A DNA stretch of 22,076 nucleotides from Archangiaceae bacterium (GCA_043750125.1 JAYVCD010000072.1:1-22076), one strand, 5' to 3'; positions 7,178 through 17,658 are shown, counted from the stretch's first letter. The notes: a model not told the origin generated them from the letters alone. Numbers and translations are program-made.

Positions 7178-8566
7178 GTGTCCCGCGTATTGGTCGTCGA
7201 CGACGAAGCGAATCTCCGCAAGGTGCTGGCGGCCATGCTCCGCAAAGAAGGCCATGACGTAACCACGGCTTCCGACGGCGAGCAGGCGCTGGCCGAGATT
7301 TCCAAACACAAGACCGACGTGGTGGTGACCGACCTGGTGATGCCCAAGGTCGGAGGCCTCGAGATCCTCAAGTCGATGATCGCCAACCACCCCGAGATTC
7401 CGGTGATCATCATCACCGCGCACGGCACCGTCGATTCGGCGGTCGAGGCGATCAAGTTGGGCGCGTTCGACTACATCACCAAGCCCTTCGAGCAGTCGGA
7501 AATCCAGGCGGTGGTTGCCAAGGCCACCCGCACCGCGGTCGCCAACTCGAAGAACGTCCGGGCCGACGGCCGGGCGCGCTCGTCGATCATCGGGACGTCG
7601 ACGCTGATGGCCGATGTCTTCAAGGTGATCGACAAGGTCGCCGACACGCCTTCGACCGTGCTGATCACCGGGGAATCCGGCACCGGCAAAGAGCTGATCG
7701 CGACCGCGTTGCACGACGGAAGCTCGCGGCGCGAGAAGCCGCTGATCAAGATCAACTGCGCGGCGATTCCGAAGGACCTGATGGAATCCGAGCTGTTTGG
7801 CTACGAGCGGGGCGCTTTCACCGGAGCGGTCACGTCCAAGCCCGGCCGCTTCGAACTCGCCGACGGCGGCACGCTCTTCCTCGACGAGATCGCCGAGATT
7901 CCGGTCGAGATGCAGGTCAAGCTGCTGCGCGCGCTGCAAGAGAGCGAGTTCGAGCGGGTCGGCGGAATCAAGACCACCCGCGTCGACGTGCGGCTGATCG
8001 CCGCGACCAACCGGGACCTCGAGGACGAGATCGAAGCGGGCCGGTTTCGCAAAGACCTCTACTACCGGCTGAACGTGGTGCCGATCGTGCTGCCGCCCCT
8101 TCGAGATCGAAAAAGCGACATTCCCACGCTCTGTTCCCACTTCGTCGAGAAGTACAACAAGCGGCTCAACAAGAAGATCGAAGGTCTGTCGGACGACGCG
8201 CTGGCAGTGCTGCAGACCTACGCGTGGCCGGGGAACATTCGCGAGCTCGAGAATTTGATGGAACGGGTGGTCCTCTTCTCGGACGGCCCGAAGATCACGG
8301 CCAAAGATCTGCCCGAGTCGGTCAAGGGGCCCAGCGGAGTGTCGATTCCAGGGGAATACGCGCCTCCCCCGGGCGAGACGCCGCTCAAAGAGATGGTGAA
8401 GGCCCGCGCCGCCGAGCTGGAGAAAGAAATGATCTCGCGAGCGCTGACCGAGACCGACGGCAACGTGACCAAGGCCGCCAAGATGCTGCAGATCAGCCGG
8501 AAGTCGCTGCAGACGAAGATGAAAGAATTTGGACTGCGTGACGACTCGCCGGTCGCGGACGACTAA
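7178..8566 (+). CDS. Sigma-54-dependent NtrC-family response regulator (REC-AAA+-Fis HTH)
   Basis: VLVVDDE...TDLVMP receiver, GESGTGKE Walker [21 protein letters not shown]-terminal HTH. GTG 7178 preferred over 7151. Confidence 0.95.
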   Translation: MSRVLVVDDEANLRKVLAAMLRKEGHDVTTASDGEQALAEISKHKTDVVVTDLVMPKVGGLEILKSMIANHPEIPVIIITAHGTVDSAVEAIKLGAFDYITKPFEQSEIQAVVAKATRTAVANSKNVRADGRARSSIIGTSTLMADVFKVIDKVADTPSTVLITGESGTGKELIATALHDGSSRREKPLIKINCAAIPKDLMESELFGYERGAFTGAVTSKPGRFELADGGTLFLDEIAEIPVEMQVKLLRALQESEFERVGGIKTTRVDVRLIAATNRDLEDEIEAGRFRKDLYYRLNVVPIVLPPLRDRKSDIPTLCSHFVEKYNKRLNKKIEGLSDDALAVLQTYAWPGNIRELENLMERVVLFSDGPKITAKDLPESVKGPSGVSIPGEYAPPPGETPLKEMVKARAAELEKEMISRALTETDGNVTKAAKMLQISRKSLQTKMKEFGLRDDSPVADD

Positions 8567-8629
8567 GTCGCACCAGGGCGGTGACAGAAATTTTGTGCCT
8601 CGCGTTGGAGCAGTAGTTTCGGAGATCAA

Positions 8630-9721
8630 ATGCCTACGGAAATGCCCACGCTCGGGGCGCAAACGAAGAAGAGCCCCCTTCCTGGCGTCGTCATCACCGC
8701 AGTCGTCGTCGGCCTCGTCGCGGGCGGCTTCTACTGGTGGAAAAACAGACCGGCGGAAAACGCGCGCGTCCCCGAGGTCGTCGCTCCGGTTGCAGCCGTC
8801 GCAGACCCGGTGGCTCCTCAGGCTGCCCCGACGGCGGCGCTGAATCCGGCCGAGCCTGCTGCGGCAGTGGGTGAGGCGAAGGTCCCCCCGAAGATCGAAG
8901 CCAATGGGGTGAAGACCCTGAAGGTCGAGATCAAGGGTCCGCTCGAGGCGGCGGTCGTCATGGCCGCGGGGAAGGAAATCGGGTTGCCGCTGACCCAGGT
9001 CATCAACCGGTCGCTGGTCTGGTGGATGAAGGTCCCGGGCGATCTGATGAAAGGGGACGAGCTGGAAGTCGTCTACGAAGAGCGCGCCAACGCCGAGCCG
9101 CTGGTTCACGCGGTGCGCTTCACCAGCAAGAAGTTCGGCAAGACGTTCGAGGCCTACCGGTTCAAAGCCAAAGACGAGACCTTCGCGCGCTTCTACGAGC
9201 CGTCGGGCGAAGAGCTCGAGCAGCGGCTGGTCGACGGCCCTCTGGACAGCTGGGAACAGGTCACTTCGCTGTTGAAAGACGGCCGCAAGCACAAGGGCGT
9301 GGACTTCAAGACCTCGGTCGGCACCCCGGTGAAAGCGACCTTCGATGGGACGATTCTGCGCAAGAACTGGAACTTTCGCGGCAACGGAAATTCGCTCGAG
9401 ATCCAGGAGACCGGCGGGAAGGGCCGGGTCGCGATGTTCCTCCATCTGTCTGAGCTGCCCAAGACGGTGGTGGCCGGGCAAAAGGTGAAGAAGGGCGAAG
9501 TGATCGCCCGGTCGGGCAATACCGGCCACAGCTTTGCTCCTCATCTGCACTACCAGTTGATGAAGAACGACCAGGTCATCGACCCGTTCGAGAGCCACGG
9601 GACCTATAAGAAGTCGGTCGAGCCGGGGGACAAGTTGAAGCTCGACGCTGAGCTGGCGCGCCTGAGGGGGTTGATTGGCGCGGCGCCGGCCCAGGTCGCG
9701 GGTGGCTTCGGCAGGCCATAA
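8630..9721 (+). CDS. Membrane-anchored M23 family metallopeptidase (peptidoglycan endopeptidase type)
   Basis: N-terminal TM ([18 protein letters not shown]), Ala/Pro linker, HKGVDF (HxxxD) and [13 protein letters not shown] (HxH) motifs. GGAG RBS. Confidence 0.9.
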   Translation: MPTEMPTLGAQTKKSPLPGVVITAVVVGLVAGGFYWWKNRPAENARVPEVVAPVAAVADPVAPQAAPTAALNPAEPAAAVGEAKVPPKIEANGVKTLKVEIKGPLEAAVVMAAGKEIGLPLTQVINRSLVWWMKVPGDLMKGDELEVVYEERANAEPLVHAVRFTSKKFGKTFEAYRFKAKDETFARFYEPSGEELEQRLVDGPLDSWEQVTSLLKDGRKHKGVDFKTSVGTPVKATFDGTILRKNWNFRGNGNSLEIQETGGKGRVAMFLHLSELPKTVVAGQKVKKGEVIARSGNTGHSFAPHLHYQLMKNDQVIDPFESHGTYKKSVEPGDKLKLDAELARLRGLIGAAPAQVAGGFGRP

Positions 9722-9762
9722 GTCGTAGGCAACCGGCCGTCCTTAGGAGATTGTGGGTGGCG

Positions 9763-11298
9763 ATGGAAAGTGTGGGGAAGTACCAGCTTGTCCGCAAGCT
9801 CGCGACCGGCGGAATGGCCGAGGTATTTCTTGCGCGCGCAGAAGGGCCCGGAGGGTTTTCGAAGAAGCTGGTGGTGAAGCGGATCCTTCCCCACTTCCTC
9901 TCTGACCCGCACTTCGCCGAGATGTTCTTGTCGGAAGCCCGCCTGGCCGCCGAGCTCAACCACCCCAACGTGGTGCAGATCTTCGACTTCGGTCAGGCCG
10001 AAGGTCAGTACTACCTGGCGATGGAATACATCGACGGCGCGAACCTGCGGGTCCTCAACGCGGCGGCGATCGAGCAGGGGCATCGGATTCCCTTTCCGAT
10101 TGCCGCCCGGTTGGCGAGCCACGCCGCCGAAGGCCTGCACTTCGCGCACGAGCTGAAGGGCGAGGACGGAAAGCCGATTGGCCTGGTGCACCGCGACATC
10201 AGCCCCGACAACATTCTCGTCTCGCGCAACGGAGCGGTGAAGGTCGTCGACTTCGGAATCGCCAAGGCGAGCGCGCTGCCGAGCATGACCCGGTCGGGGG
10301 TGATCAAGGGGAAGATGGCGTACATGCCGCCCGAGCAGCTGGGGCGCAAAGCGATCGATCGCCGCATCGATGTCTTCGCCCTGGGGGTGGTGCTGCACGA
10401 GCTGACCACCGGGACCTGGCCGTTCGATGCCTCGAGTGAAGTGAGCATCATTCAAGCGATCATGAACGAGACCCCGTTCATTCGGGTTCGCACCCGCAAC
10501 TCGGACATTCCCGAGGCGCTCGACGCGATCATCGCCAGGTGCCTCGAGAAGAACCGGGACCTGCGCTACCCCACCTGCAAGGCGCTGCAGGCCGACCTCG
10601 AGAAGTTCATCGCCTCGACCGGGGCGCACATTCACCCCTCGGATCTGGCCGACCTGGTCAACACCCTGGTGCCCCCAAATACCCAGCCGGACGTGGTGCT
10701 GAAGATGACGCCCACCACCGGCGATGTTCCGATCGACAAGACGTTTCGCCGCCAGCTGACGCCCGACGAGTCCGAGATGATGACGGACTCGAGTCGCGAC
10801 GATCCCCCCGCGAAGCCTTCGGGTGCACGTCCGGCGAAGGGCTCGATGATGCCGATCGTCGCGGTTGCGATCTTAGGGGTGGTCGCGGCAGTGGGGGGAG
10901 GAATCTGGAAGATGAAGTCGAACCTTCCGCTGATGGTCGAGGCGCCGAGGCCTACTCTCGCCCTGCCCGTCCTCGCCTTCGACGCGGGGGCGAGCGAGCC
11001 TGACGGGGCCGACGCCGCAGTCGTGCTGGCCGCGGTACCGATGGCGATCGATGCCGGTGAGCTCAAGAGCGTCGCGGCGGCGGGACCGCGGATGCTCCGA
11101 ATCGAATTTCGCATTCGCCCCTTCGCCAGCGTGTTCCTCGATGGGAAAGAGCTGGGCGAGACCCCGTTTCCTGCCGTGCTGGTCTCGGTCGGGAAGCACA
11201 AGATCCGGCTGGTCAATGATCAGCTGAAGAAAAACGTCGAGGTGGACCAGCAGTTCCATCCTGGCGACACCTCATTCAAGTACAACTTCAAGGAGTGA
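9763..11298 (+). CDS. Hanks-type Ser/Thr protein kinase with TM helix and C-terminal PEGA-like domain
   Basis: [61 protein letters not shown]-terminal [18 protein letters not shown]. Start could be 9751, 9757 or 9763. Confidence 0.93.
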   Translation: MESVGKYQLVRKLATGGMAEVFLARAEGPGGFSKKLVVKRILPHFLSDPHFAEMFLSEARLAAELNHPNVVQIFDFGQAEGQYYLAMEYIDGANLRVLNAAAIEQGHRIPFPIAARLASHAAEGLHFAHELKGEDGKPIGLVHRDISPDNILVSRNGAVKVVDFGIAKASALPSMTRSGVIKGKMAYMPPEQLGRKAIDRRIDVFALGVVLHELTTGTWPFDASSEVSIIQAIMNETPFIRVRTRNSDIPEALDAIIARCLEKNRDLRYPTCKALQADLEKFIASTGAHIHPSDLADLVNTLVPPNTQPDVVLKMTPTTGDVPIDKTFRRQLTPDESEMMTDSSRDDPPAKPSGARPAKGSMMPIVAVAILGVVAAVGGGIWKMKSNLPLMVEAPRPTLALPVLAFDAGASEPDGADAAVVLAAVPMAIDAGELKSVAAAGPRMLRIEFRIRPFASVFLDGKELGETPFPAVLVSVGKHKIRLVNDQLKKNVEVDQQFHPGDTSFKYNFKE

Positions 11299-12161
11299 CG
11301 ATGCGGCAGGCCCTCGTTGTGGCGGCGATCGGTGCGGTGCTCACGTTGTCGATGCCGGCGCGCGCCCAGAGCCCTGAAGTCAAAAAGTACCTCAACGCCG
11401 CGGTCACGCTTTACGAGAACCTCGAGTACGAAAAGGCGCTCAAGCAGATTCAGCGCGCGAAGACGAAGTCGACGGGCGCCAGTGACGACGCGCGCATCGC
11501 GCTCTACGAGGGAATCGTCTTCGCGGACATGGGCAAAGAGGAAATGGCGCTCAACGCGTTCAAGACCGGGCTGTCACTGGAACCGGAAGCCAAGCTGCCG
11601 CTCGAGGTCTCTCCGAAGGTCGAGAAAGTCTTTCGCAAGGCGTCGGACAACGTGAAGAAGCTGCTCGGCCCCCAGCTGGACAAGCAGCGCGAGGAAGAGC
11701 GCTTGCGGGTCGAGGCCGAGAAGGCCAAGGCCGACGAAGAGCAGCGAAAGAAAGACGAAGAGACTGCCCGCCTGGCTGCGATCAAACCCCCCGAGCCCGA
11801 TCGTCCTCCGCCGGCGGTGATGGCCGCGGCGCCTTCGGGCCCGGGGTTGCGGGGCCTGGCGATCATTCCCCTGGGAATCGGGGTCGTCTCGGGAGGCCTC
11901 GCCGCGTACTTTCTGGTCACCGCCAAAGGTCACGAGAGCGCGCTGAACCAGGGCACCGTCGTTCCGGGCCAGGCCGCTGCGGTGCGTGACGCGGGCAAGC
12001 TCGATGCAACGTTGGGCTACGTCTTCACCGGCGTCGCCGCCGCGGGTCTTGCTGCCACCGGGCTGATGTTCGGAATGGGGGGATCGAAGGCCCCGCCTCC
12101 GGTGACGATCTTTGTGGGGCCCGGTCAAGTCTACGTTGGGGTGGGTGGAGCCCTTCCTTGA
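11295..12161 (+). CDS. Exported TPR-like protein with C-terminal Gly-rich hydrophobic hairpin
   Basis: Signal peptide ending ARA-Q, TPR-like helices ([14 protein letters not shown]...[13 protein letters not shown]), charged coiled linker, two Gly-rich hydrophobic segments. GTGA overlap with the kinase stop. Confidence 0.75.
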   Translation: MTMRQALVVAAIGAVLTLSMPARAQSPEVKKYLNAAVTLYENLEYEKALKQIQRAKTKSTGASDDARIALYEGIVFADMGKEEMALNAFKTGLSLEPEAKLPLEVSPKVEKVFRKASDNVKKLLGPQLDKQREEERLRVEAEKAKADEEQRKKDEETARLAAIKPPEPDRPPPAVMAAAPSGPGLRGLAIIPLGIGVVSGGLAAYFLVTAKGHESALNQGTVVPGQAAAVRDAGKLDATLGYVFTGVAAAGLAATGLMFGMGGSKAPPPVTIFVGPGQVYVGVGGALP

Positions 12162-12400
12162 GAGCCCTGCTGGGGTTGCTGTTGTTCAGCGGCTGCGTCA
12201 CCGGGCGCGCGCAACAGTGGGAGCACTGGTGCGTCGACTTCGATCCCAAGCCGGCCAACCCCGAGCTGCAGCGCGCGGGAGACGAAGGGTGGGAGATGGT
12301 GTCGATGGCGTTCCGGCCCCCGGTTTCGCAGCAGGGAAGCTCGGTCGGGGGCGGCGCGACGCTGGTCTGCTTCAAGCGGCCTAAAATCGCGGTGCGCTAA
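12158..12400 (+). CDS. Small DUF4177-like lipoprotein
   Basis: Lipobox LFSG-C, then WEH...L...G.EGWEMVS...FKRP pattern of DUF4177. TTG start overlaps the upstream stop, GGAG upstream. Confidence 0.7.
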   Translation: MRALLGLLLFSGCVTGRAQQWEHWCVDFDPKPANPELQRAGDEGWEMVSMAFRPPVSQQGSSVGGGATLVCFKRPKIAVR

Positions 12401-12427
12401 AAAACACCCGCTGCCCCGGACCCTTTC

Positions 12428-12456
12428 TTGACCCCCTCGCCCTGCGTCACTACCGT
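12428..12456 (+). promoter_or_regulatory. Putative sigma-70/SigA promoter for the outer-membrane protein gene
   Basis: TTGACC-N17-TACCGT ending 10 nt before ATG 12467. Confidence 0.55.
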
Positions 12457-12466
12457 CCGGACCTCG

Positions 12467-13759
12467 ATGCGGCGTTGCGTGGTTCTGCTGTGCCTTGTGA
12501 GCCTGAGCGTGCGTGCCGCAGAGGTGACGCGCGTCGCGTCGTCCTTCGACGACGACAAGCCGTTCGGGATGTTCCTTGACGTGGGGTTCGAGCGAACCCA
12601 GGACAAAGGGAAGATCACCCGCGAGTGGTACGAGCCGAAGGCCGGCGGGCTGACCGACGTGAGCGAGCTGCGCTACATCCTCTACGACGTGCGGCTGAAC
12701 CTCGACGCACACCTCGGGCTCTACAAAGACCTCGAGTTCCACTTCGGGCTGCCGATCATCTTTCAGCAAGATCGCTTCTGGAACTTCTCGGCCGGAACGG
12801 GCCCGAGCAACACCACCCTCTACCGGAACTGCGCGGACGCGGCGGGAATGGGCTGCGTGACCCCCGGCGAGGGGCAGAACCACCTGTTCGAAGTCGGCGA
12901 TGCGATGGGCAACCCTTCGGGGAGCTTCCGCGGAGGGCTGGGCGATCTGACCTTTGGGCTGGCGTACGCCTTCTTCAGCCAGAAGCGCGATGACACCAAG
13001 CCGACGTGGTTGGTGTCCATTGACTACACCGCGCCTACGTCGGCGGTGATCAACCCGTCGATCGTGACCGCCAGCGACAAGCGCGGCCCGACCGGAGACC
13101 GGATTCACCGGTACAGGTTCTCAACGTCGATCTCGAAGCGAATCGGGCCGCTCGACCCCTACTTCCAGCTTCACTACACCCTGCCCTGGCTCGGGCCCGG
13201 CGCGTACAGCAACTGCGATGACCCGTCGCCTTCCCGCATGGGCCGCCCGACCAATTGCGGAGTCGCCATCTGGGATCGCACCGAGACGGGGATCAAACCT
13301 CAGCACGTGGGAGGCTTTGTCTTCGGCGGCGAATTCAACATGTTCGAGCGAGCGGCGATGCATCAGAAGATCGCCATCGATCTGCGCGCGTGGCTCACCT
13401 ACACGTCCGAAGGCCGGACCTACAACGAGATGTCTGATCTGTTGGGCAAGCTGCTCTACAACAGCGACTACATGCAGGTCGGCGGGCACTTCGGGATCAC
13501 CGGGCACGCGGCCGAGTTCATTCACCTCAAGGCGTACGTCTCGTGGGCCTACAACACCGAGCACTTCCTCACCAACGAGAGCATCGGCACCGACCTGAAC
13601 AAGAAGGGCGAAGTGGGCTTCGGCACCGTCGACCCGATTGGAAACCCGTCCGAGCTCAATCCGAACTTCGATTCCCGCATTGATCGCGTGGGTCGCCGCT
13701 TCCGGATTTCCGAGCAGATGGTCTTCAAGGTCAACGTCAGCGCGAGCTTCAACTTCTAG
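12467..13759 (+). CDS. Putative outer-membrane beta-barrel protein of unknown function
   Basis: Signal peptide (MRRCVVLLCLVSLSVRA), amphipathic aromatic-rich strands, GGLGDLTFGLAY, Cys pairs in probable loops, C-terminal VNVSASFNF ending in Phe (BAM-type signal). Confidence 0.7.
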   Translation: MRRCVVLLCLVSLSVRAAEVTRVASSFDDDKPFGMFLDVGFERTQDKGKITREWYEPKAGGLTDVSELRYILYDVRLNLDAHLGLYKDLEFHFGLPIIFQQDRFWNFSAGTGPSNTTLYRNCADAAGMGCVTPGEGQNHLFEVGDAMGNPSGSFRGGLGDLTFGLAYAFFSQKRDDTKPTWLVSIDYTAPTSAVINPSIVTASDKRGPTGDRIHRYRFSTSISKRIGPLDPYFQLHYTLPWLGPGAYSNCDDPSPSRMGRPTNCGVAIWDRTETGIKPQHVGGFVFGGEFNMFERAAMHQKIAIDLRAWLTYTSEGRTYNEMSDLLGKLLYNSDYMQVGGHFGITGHAAEFIHLKAYVSWAYNTEHFLTNESIGTDLNKKGEVGFGTVDPIGNPSELNPNFDSRIDRVGRRFRISEQMVFKVNVSASFNF

Positions 13760-14715
13760 AGCTCGGCCATTCGCGGCAGCCCCGCCACCGCTCCCATCTT
13801 CGTCACCACCCGCGCGCCGACCTGACAGGCGAAGCGGGCCATCGGCTCGAGCTGCTGTGGCGTCATCGCCTCGAGCTCTTCGCGGGTCGACGCGACCCGG
13901 GTCAATTGGAACAGCAGGCCGGCCATGAAGCCATCACCGGCGCCGGTGGTGTCGACGACCTGGACGCTGGGAGCGGGAACCCCGACGACGTTCGGCCCAA
14001 CCCGCAGCAGCGCTCCGTTCGCGCCGAGGGTGACGATCGGCAACGCGACCCCGAGCGCGTGAAGAGCGGCCAGGGCGCGGGTGGGTTCCTTCTCGCCGGT
14101 GACGAATTCGATTTCTTCGTCGGACAGCTTCACCACCGTGCACAGCGCCAGCAGCTGGTCGAGCAGCGCGCGCAGCTGCGACGGGTCTTTCCACAGGTGC
14201 AGCCGCAGGTTGGGGTCGCACGAGACGATCTGCCCCCGCGCTTTGCCCGCTCGGGCCGCGGCCAACGACGCTTCGCGGGCGGAAGGCAGCAGCAACGAGT
14301 TGGTGCCCAGGTGCAGCACCTTCGCGTCGCTCAAGAAGCCGGGGTCGATGTCCTCGAGGCCGAGCTGAAATTCGGCCGCCTGGTGCCGGTAGAACAGGAA
14401 GCTGCGCTCGCCTTCGGCGGTCAGCGAGATGAAGCCGATGCCGGTCTTGCCCAGCAGGGTGTGCCGAATGCGCGAGACGTCGACGCCCTCGCGGGCGAGC
14501 TCTTCGGTGATGAAGTGGCCCAGCTCGTCTTCGCCGGTGACGCCGCACATCGCAGATTTGCCGCCCAGGCGACTGACCCCAACGACGACGTTCGCCGGAG
14601 CCCCGCCCAGGCACTTCTTCCAGGTCTCTACGTCGCGGACCCGGGCCCCGGACTTCTCGGGAAGAAAATCGACCAGCGCTTCGCCCAGCGCGATCACGTC
14701 GAACCGAGGCGCCAT
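13756..14715 (-). CDS. PfkB/ribokinase family carbohydrate kinase (fructokinase-like)
   Basis: GEALVDF, GGAPANV, DPNLR, KLSDEE, VDTTGAGDGF. ATG overlaps the recO stop (TGATG). Confidence 0.92.
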   Translation of the reverse strand: MAPRFDVIALGEALVDFLPEKSGARVRDVETWKKCLGGAPANVVVGVSRLGGKSAMCGVTGEDELGHFITEELAREGVDVSRIRHTLLGKTGIGFISLTAEGERSFLFYRHQAAEFQLGLEDIDPGFLSDAKVLHLGTNSLLLPSAREASLAAARAGKARGQIVSCDPNLRLHLWKDPSQLRALLDQLLALCTVVKLSDEEIEFVTGEKEPTRALAALHALGVALPIVTLGANGALLRVGPNVVGVPAPSVQVVDTTGAGDGFMAGLLFQLTRVASTREELEAMTPQQLEPMARFACQVGARVVTKMGAVAGLPRMAEL

Positions 14716-15449
14716 CAGTCGGTGCCGACCTGGTGCATGAAGTCGACGCTCTTCAGCTTTCGGCCGACGTGGTGGGCGATGAAGACGTTGAGCAGCTCGC
14801 GGCACCGCGCCCGGGTCTCGGCCGGCAGGGGGGTGCGTTCTCCGGCTTGAAGCCGGGTGAGCGCGTCGACCACCTGGGCGGTGACGGGCAGACCCTGGGG
14901 CACCCGGTGGGCGCAGCTCTCGCAGGTGGCCCCCCCGGCGGCGGGATCAAACCGGGGGCGGGGGCCGGTGGGTCCGCTGCAGATGGCGCAAGGCGAAAAG
15001 CGGGGCATGAAGCCGGTCAGGCGCAGCGCATCGAGCTCGAACTTCAGCAGCGAAGTGGGGCCGGCCCGCTGGGCGTCGAGCTCGGTGAGGTACGCGAGCA
15101 GAGCGTCGAACAGCGGCACGTGGGGCTCATCGTCGCGGGTGAGCTCGCGGCACAGCTCGAGGCAGTACAGGGCGCGCGAGATGCGCGGAAGATCTTCCCG
15201 CAGGGCAAAGAAGCTCGAGACGATGTCGACCCCGTCGAGTCGGCAGGTATCGCCGCGGCGTTCGACCAGCTGGGCCTTGAGGTGGGTGCCCAGCACCAGC
15301 GCGCCGGCGAAGCGCCGCTTGCTCTTCCGCGCACCGGCGGCGAAGGCGGTGAGCCTTCCCCGGCCCTTGGTGAACAGGGTCACGACCCGGTCGGCTTCTC
15401 CGTAGTCGAGGCAAGCGAGCACGACGGCCTCTTCGACAAACCGGAGCAC
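14715..15449 (-). CDS. recO: DNA repair protein RecO
   Basis: YGEADRVVTLFT..RG......GARKSKRRF, FEL..L...GF.P, CxxC...CxxC zinc finger, LKS near the C-terminus. Confidence 0.93.
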   Translation of the reverse strand: MLRFVEEAVVLACLDYGEADRVVTLFTKGRGRLTAFAAGARKSKRRFAGALVLGTHLKAQLVERRGDTCRLDGVDIVSSFFALREDLPRISRALYCLELCRELTRDDEPHVPLFDALLAYLTELDAQRAGPTSLLKFELDALRLTGFMPRFSPCAICSGPTGPRPRFDPAAGGATCESCAHRVPQGLPVTAQVVDALTRLQAGERTPLPAETRARCRELLNVFIAHHVGRKLKSVDFMHQVGTD

Positions 15450-15453
15450 CGGA

Positions 15454-15849
15454 CTACCGGCCCCAGGGAGGAGGCAGCTGCCCCATCACGACGAAGAAGA
15501 CGTAGGCGGCGATCGCAGCGAGGATCACCACCACCCCGAGCGTCTTCAGCGCGCGCGACTTGCGGCGGTGCTCGAGCACCTGGGGCAGCGTCTCGGGGTC
15601 TTTGGCGACTCCGGGAATCTCGTGCCACCTCGTGATCGCATCGTCGGGGGACATTCCAATCACCTGCGCGTACGCCCGAATCAGGTTCTGCAGAAACACC
15701 CGCTCGGGCAGCCGTTCGCTCTGACCCTCTTCGAGCGCCGCCACCAGGGTGGCCGGAATCTTCGTCGAGCGCGCGACCTCGTCGCGAGACATCCCCCGCA
15801 GTTGGCGCTGTTGAGAAAGGAAACGACCGAACTCGGCGTAGTCGCTCAC
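15454..15849 (-). CDS. RodZ-like HTH protein with C-terminal TM helix (short form)
   Basis: G..L...R..RGMS..EVA..TKI......LEEG....LP..VF....IRAYA..IG pattern followed by one TM. No periplasmic domain. Confidence 0.85.
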   Translation of the reverse strand: MSDYAEFGRFLSQQRQLRGMSRDEVARSTKIPATLVAALEEGQSERLPERVFLQNLIRAYAQVIGMSPDDAITRWHEIPGVAKDPETLPQVLEHRRKSRALKTLGVVVILAAIAAYVFFVVMGQLPPPWGR

Positions 15850-17061
15850 TTACGGCCTCGTGGCGTCCTTCAAACGCAGGCAATCGTCTTTGCTCACGTC
15901 GTCCTTGGCGATGCAGGCCTCGAACGCTTTTTTGGCCGGCTCGGTCTGCCCCATCTTCGACAAGCACACCCCTTCGCGCAGGTACGAATCGCCCATCTCC
16001 GGGCAGGACTCGCGGTACTTCCCGTAGTTGCGGCAGGCCTCGGGCAAGTTCCCCTGCTCCTCGTAGATGTTCCCAAGCTTGAGGTAACCGAAGCAGAACT
16101 TGGGGTTGGTGGTGACCGAGCTCTTGAGGTTCTCGATCGCGGTGCGGCTTTCCCCCAGCTTGTAACGGGCCCACCCGAGGTTGGCCTGCGCGATCCACGG
16201 CTCGCGGTAGGTCATGTCGTTGAGTGCGAGCTCATATTTCTTGATCGCCTCGTCGTACCGTTTCTGCTCGAGGTAGACGTTGCCGAGGTTGGTGAGCGCG
16301 GCCGAGAAGCGGGGGTTGATCTGCAGCGCCCGTTCATAAGAGGCGCGCGCTTCGTCGAGCTTGCCGAAGACCATGTGCTCCAGCACGCCCTTCGCGTGCC
16401 ACGCCTCGGCCATCTCGGGGTCGAGCTCGAGCGCCATCTCGTATTGCCTCATCGCCGTCGGAGGATCTTTGAGCTGCGCCTCGACGCCCATGTCGTAGTG
16501 AATGCCGGCGGCGTCACGATCTTTTTCACTGGGAACGTGCTTGCACCCGCCCAGCCCGACCAGCAGCGCCGCGAAGGCGAACGCCGAGAACAGCTTGCCC
16601 AGGGCGGTGGCGGTGGCCGAGCTGGCCTCTTTGTCCGCCCGCACCTCGGAAGACGCCTTCTTCGCCGCGGGGGACCCGGGCGGCTCGCGTTGAAACAGCG
16701 GCATGGTGGCGATCAGCTCGTCCTGTTCCGCCGCGGGTCGACCGCGAAAGTTGAGGTTGTCCATGATGAAGCCCATCGATTCGACGAAGGCGAGCGCGTC
16801 GCCCTCTTCGGCCTGGTATTTCTCGGAAGAGACGGCGCGGCTCGAAGGCACGTAGATCGCACACTGGGCGCTGTCGGGAATGTAGAGGTAGACGAAGACG
16901 GCAAAGCCCTGGGGGCCGCGCAAACCGAGGATGAACGCGCGCGCCGGACCCGCCTGCCGCCCCGGGACGGCGAGGTGGGGCTGATTGAGCGATTCATACA
17001 GCGCGACGATCTGGTCCTTCACCGCGGGCAGCCCGCGCAATCGTTCGTCGATGGTGAACAC
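15850..17061 (-). CDS. tgl: Tgl type IV pilus secretin pilotin (TPR lipoprotein), fused in frame to an N-terminal domain of ~140 aa
   Basis: C-terminal ~230 aa match M. xanthus Tgl as I recall it (C.H.P.EK....A.IHYD, TNLGNVYL, LNDM.Y..P.IAQ.NLGWA, VTTNP.FC.GY, Y.REGVC, KDDC.RL). Lipobox LGG-C at residue 173. Single uninterrupted 403-aa frame. Confidence 0.88.
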   Translation of the reverse strand: MFTIDERLRGLPAVKDQIVALYESLNQPHLAVPGRQAGPARAFILGLRGPQGFAVFVYLYIPDSAQCAIYVPSSRAVSSEKYQAEEGDALAFVESMGFIMDNLNFRGRPAAEQDELIATMPLFQREPPGSPAAKKASSEVRADKEASSATATALGKLFSAFAFAALLVGLGGCKHVPSEKDRDAAGIHYDMGVEAQLKDPPTAMRQYEMALELDPEMAEAWHAKGVLEHMVFGKLDEARASYERALQINPRFSAALTNLGNVYLEQKRYDEAIKKYELALNDMTYREPWIAQANLGWARYKLGESRTAIENLKSSVTTNPKFCFGYLKLGNIYEEQGNLPEACRNYGKYRESCPEMGDSYLREGVCLSKMGQTEPAKKAFEACIAKDDVSKDDCLRLKDATRP

Positions 17062-17076
17062 TCTTGGGCAGCTCCT

Positions 17077-17658
17077 TCAGCGCGCCGTCAGCGAGAATTC
17101 TTTCGAGATGTCGTCGGTGTTCGCCGCGGTGCGCTCGAACTTCACCACCGGGTTGTCGATCATCACGTGATCGCCGTTCATCGTTCCTTCCCCGATGATG
17201 ATTCGAAAGAAGTGGTTGCTCGAGAGGCTCTTGCGCGCGTCGGGAGCGACCTTCTTCGCAATCATCATCACCGTGTTCTTCCCCGGAATCAGGCTCTTGG
17301 TGATTTCGGTAACGATCTGGTCTTCGGTGCTCTTCAGCTTTCGGACCCACTTCGAGTTCAAGTACAAATCCACGTCGTACTCGGTCATTCCGACCACGTT
17401 CTGTTCGGTGACGAGGAAGTACTGCTTGTGGATGACTGTCGAGTTGCTGGGGGCGGCGGCCTCGGACGGAGCGCCCTCGAGCTGCTTGACCGCGTAGCCG
17501 GGGGCGTCGATCAACACGTTGCCTTTCTCGTCGATTCGAACGGTGGCCTTCTCGAACTTCTGGTTGGTAACTCCGTCGATTTTCACCCCGTTGAGATAGA
17601 CGTTTCCCGCCAGCGCGGAAGCCGAGAGCAGCATCAGACTCAGAATGGTGTGGCGCAT
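17077..17658 (-). CDS. Exported beta-rich hypothetical protein, first gene of the tgl operon
   Basis: 193 aa, signal peptide MRHTILSLMLLSASALA, typical codon bias, 15 bp upstream of the tgl fusion ORF. Confidence 0.75.
   Translation of the reverse strand: MRHTILSLMLLSASALAGNVYLNGVKIDGVTNQKFEKATVRIDEKGNVLIDAPGYAVKQLEGAPSEAAAPSNSTVIHKQYFLVTEQNVVGMTEYDVDLYLNSKWVRKLKSTEDQIVTEITKSLIPGKNTVMMIAKKVAPDARKSLSSNHFFRIIIGEGTMNGDHVMIDNPVVKFERTAANTDDISKEFSLTAR

Noticed and set aside
7163-9598. 811-aa antisense ORF spanning the response regulator and M23 peptidase
   Set aside because: Shadow frame of GC3-biased sense genes; no recognisable motifs.
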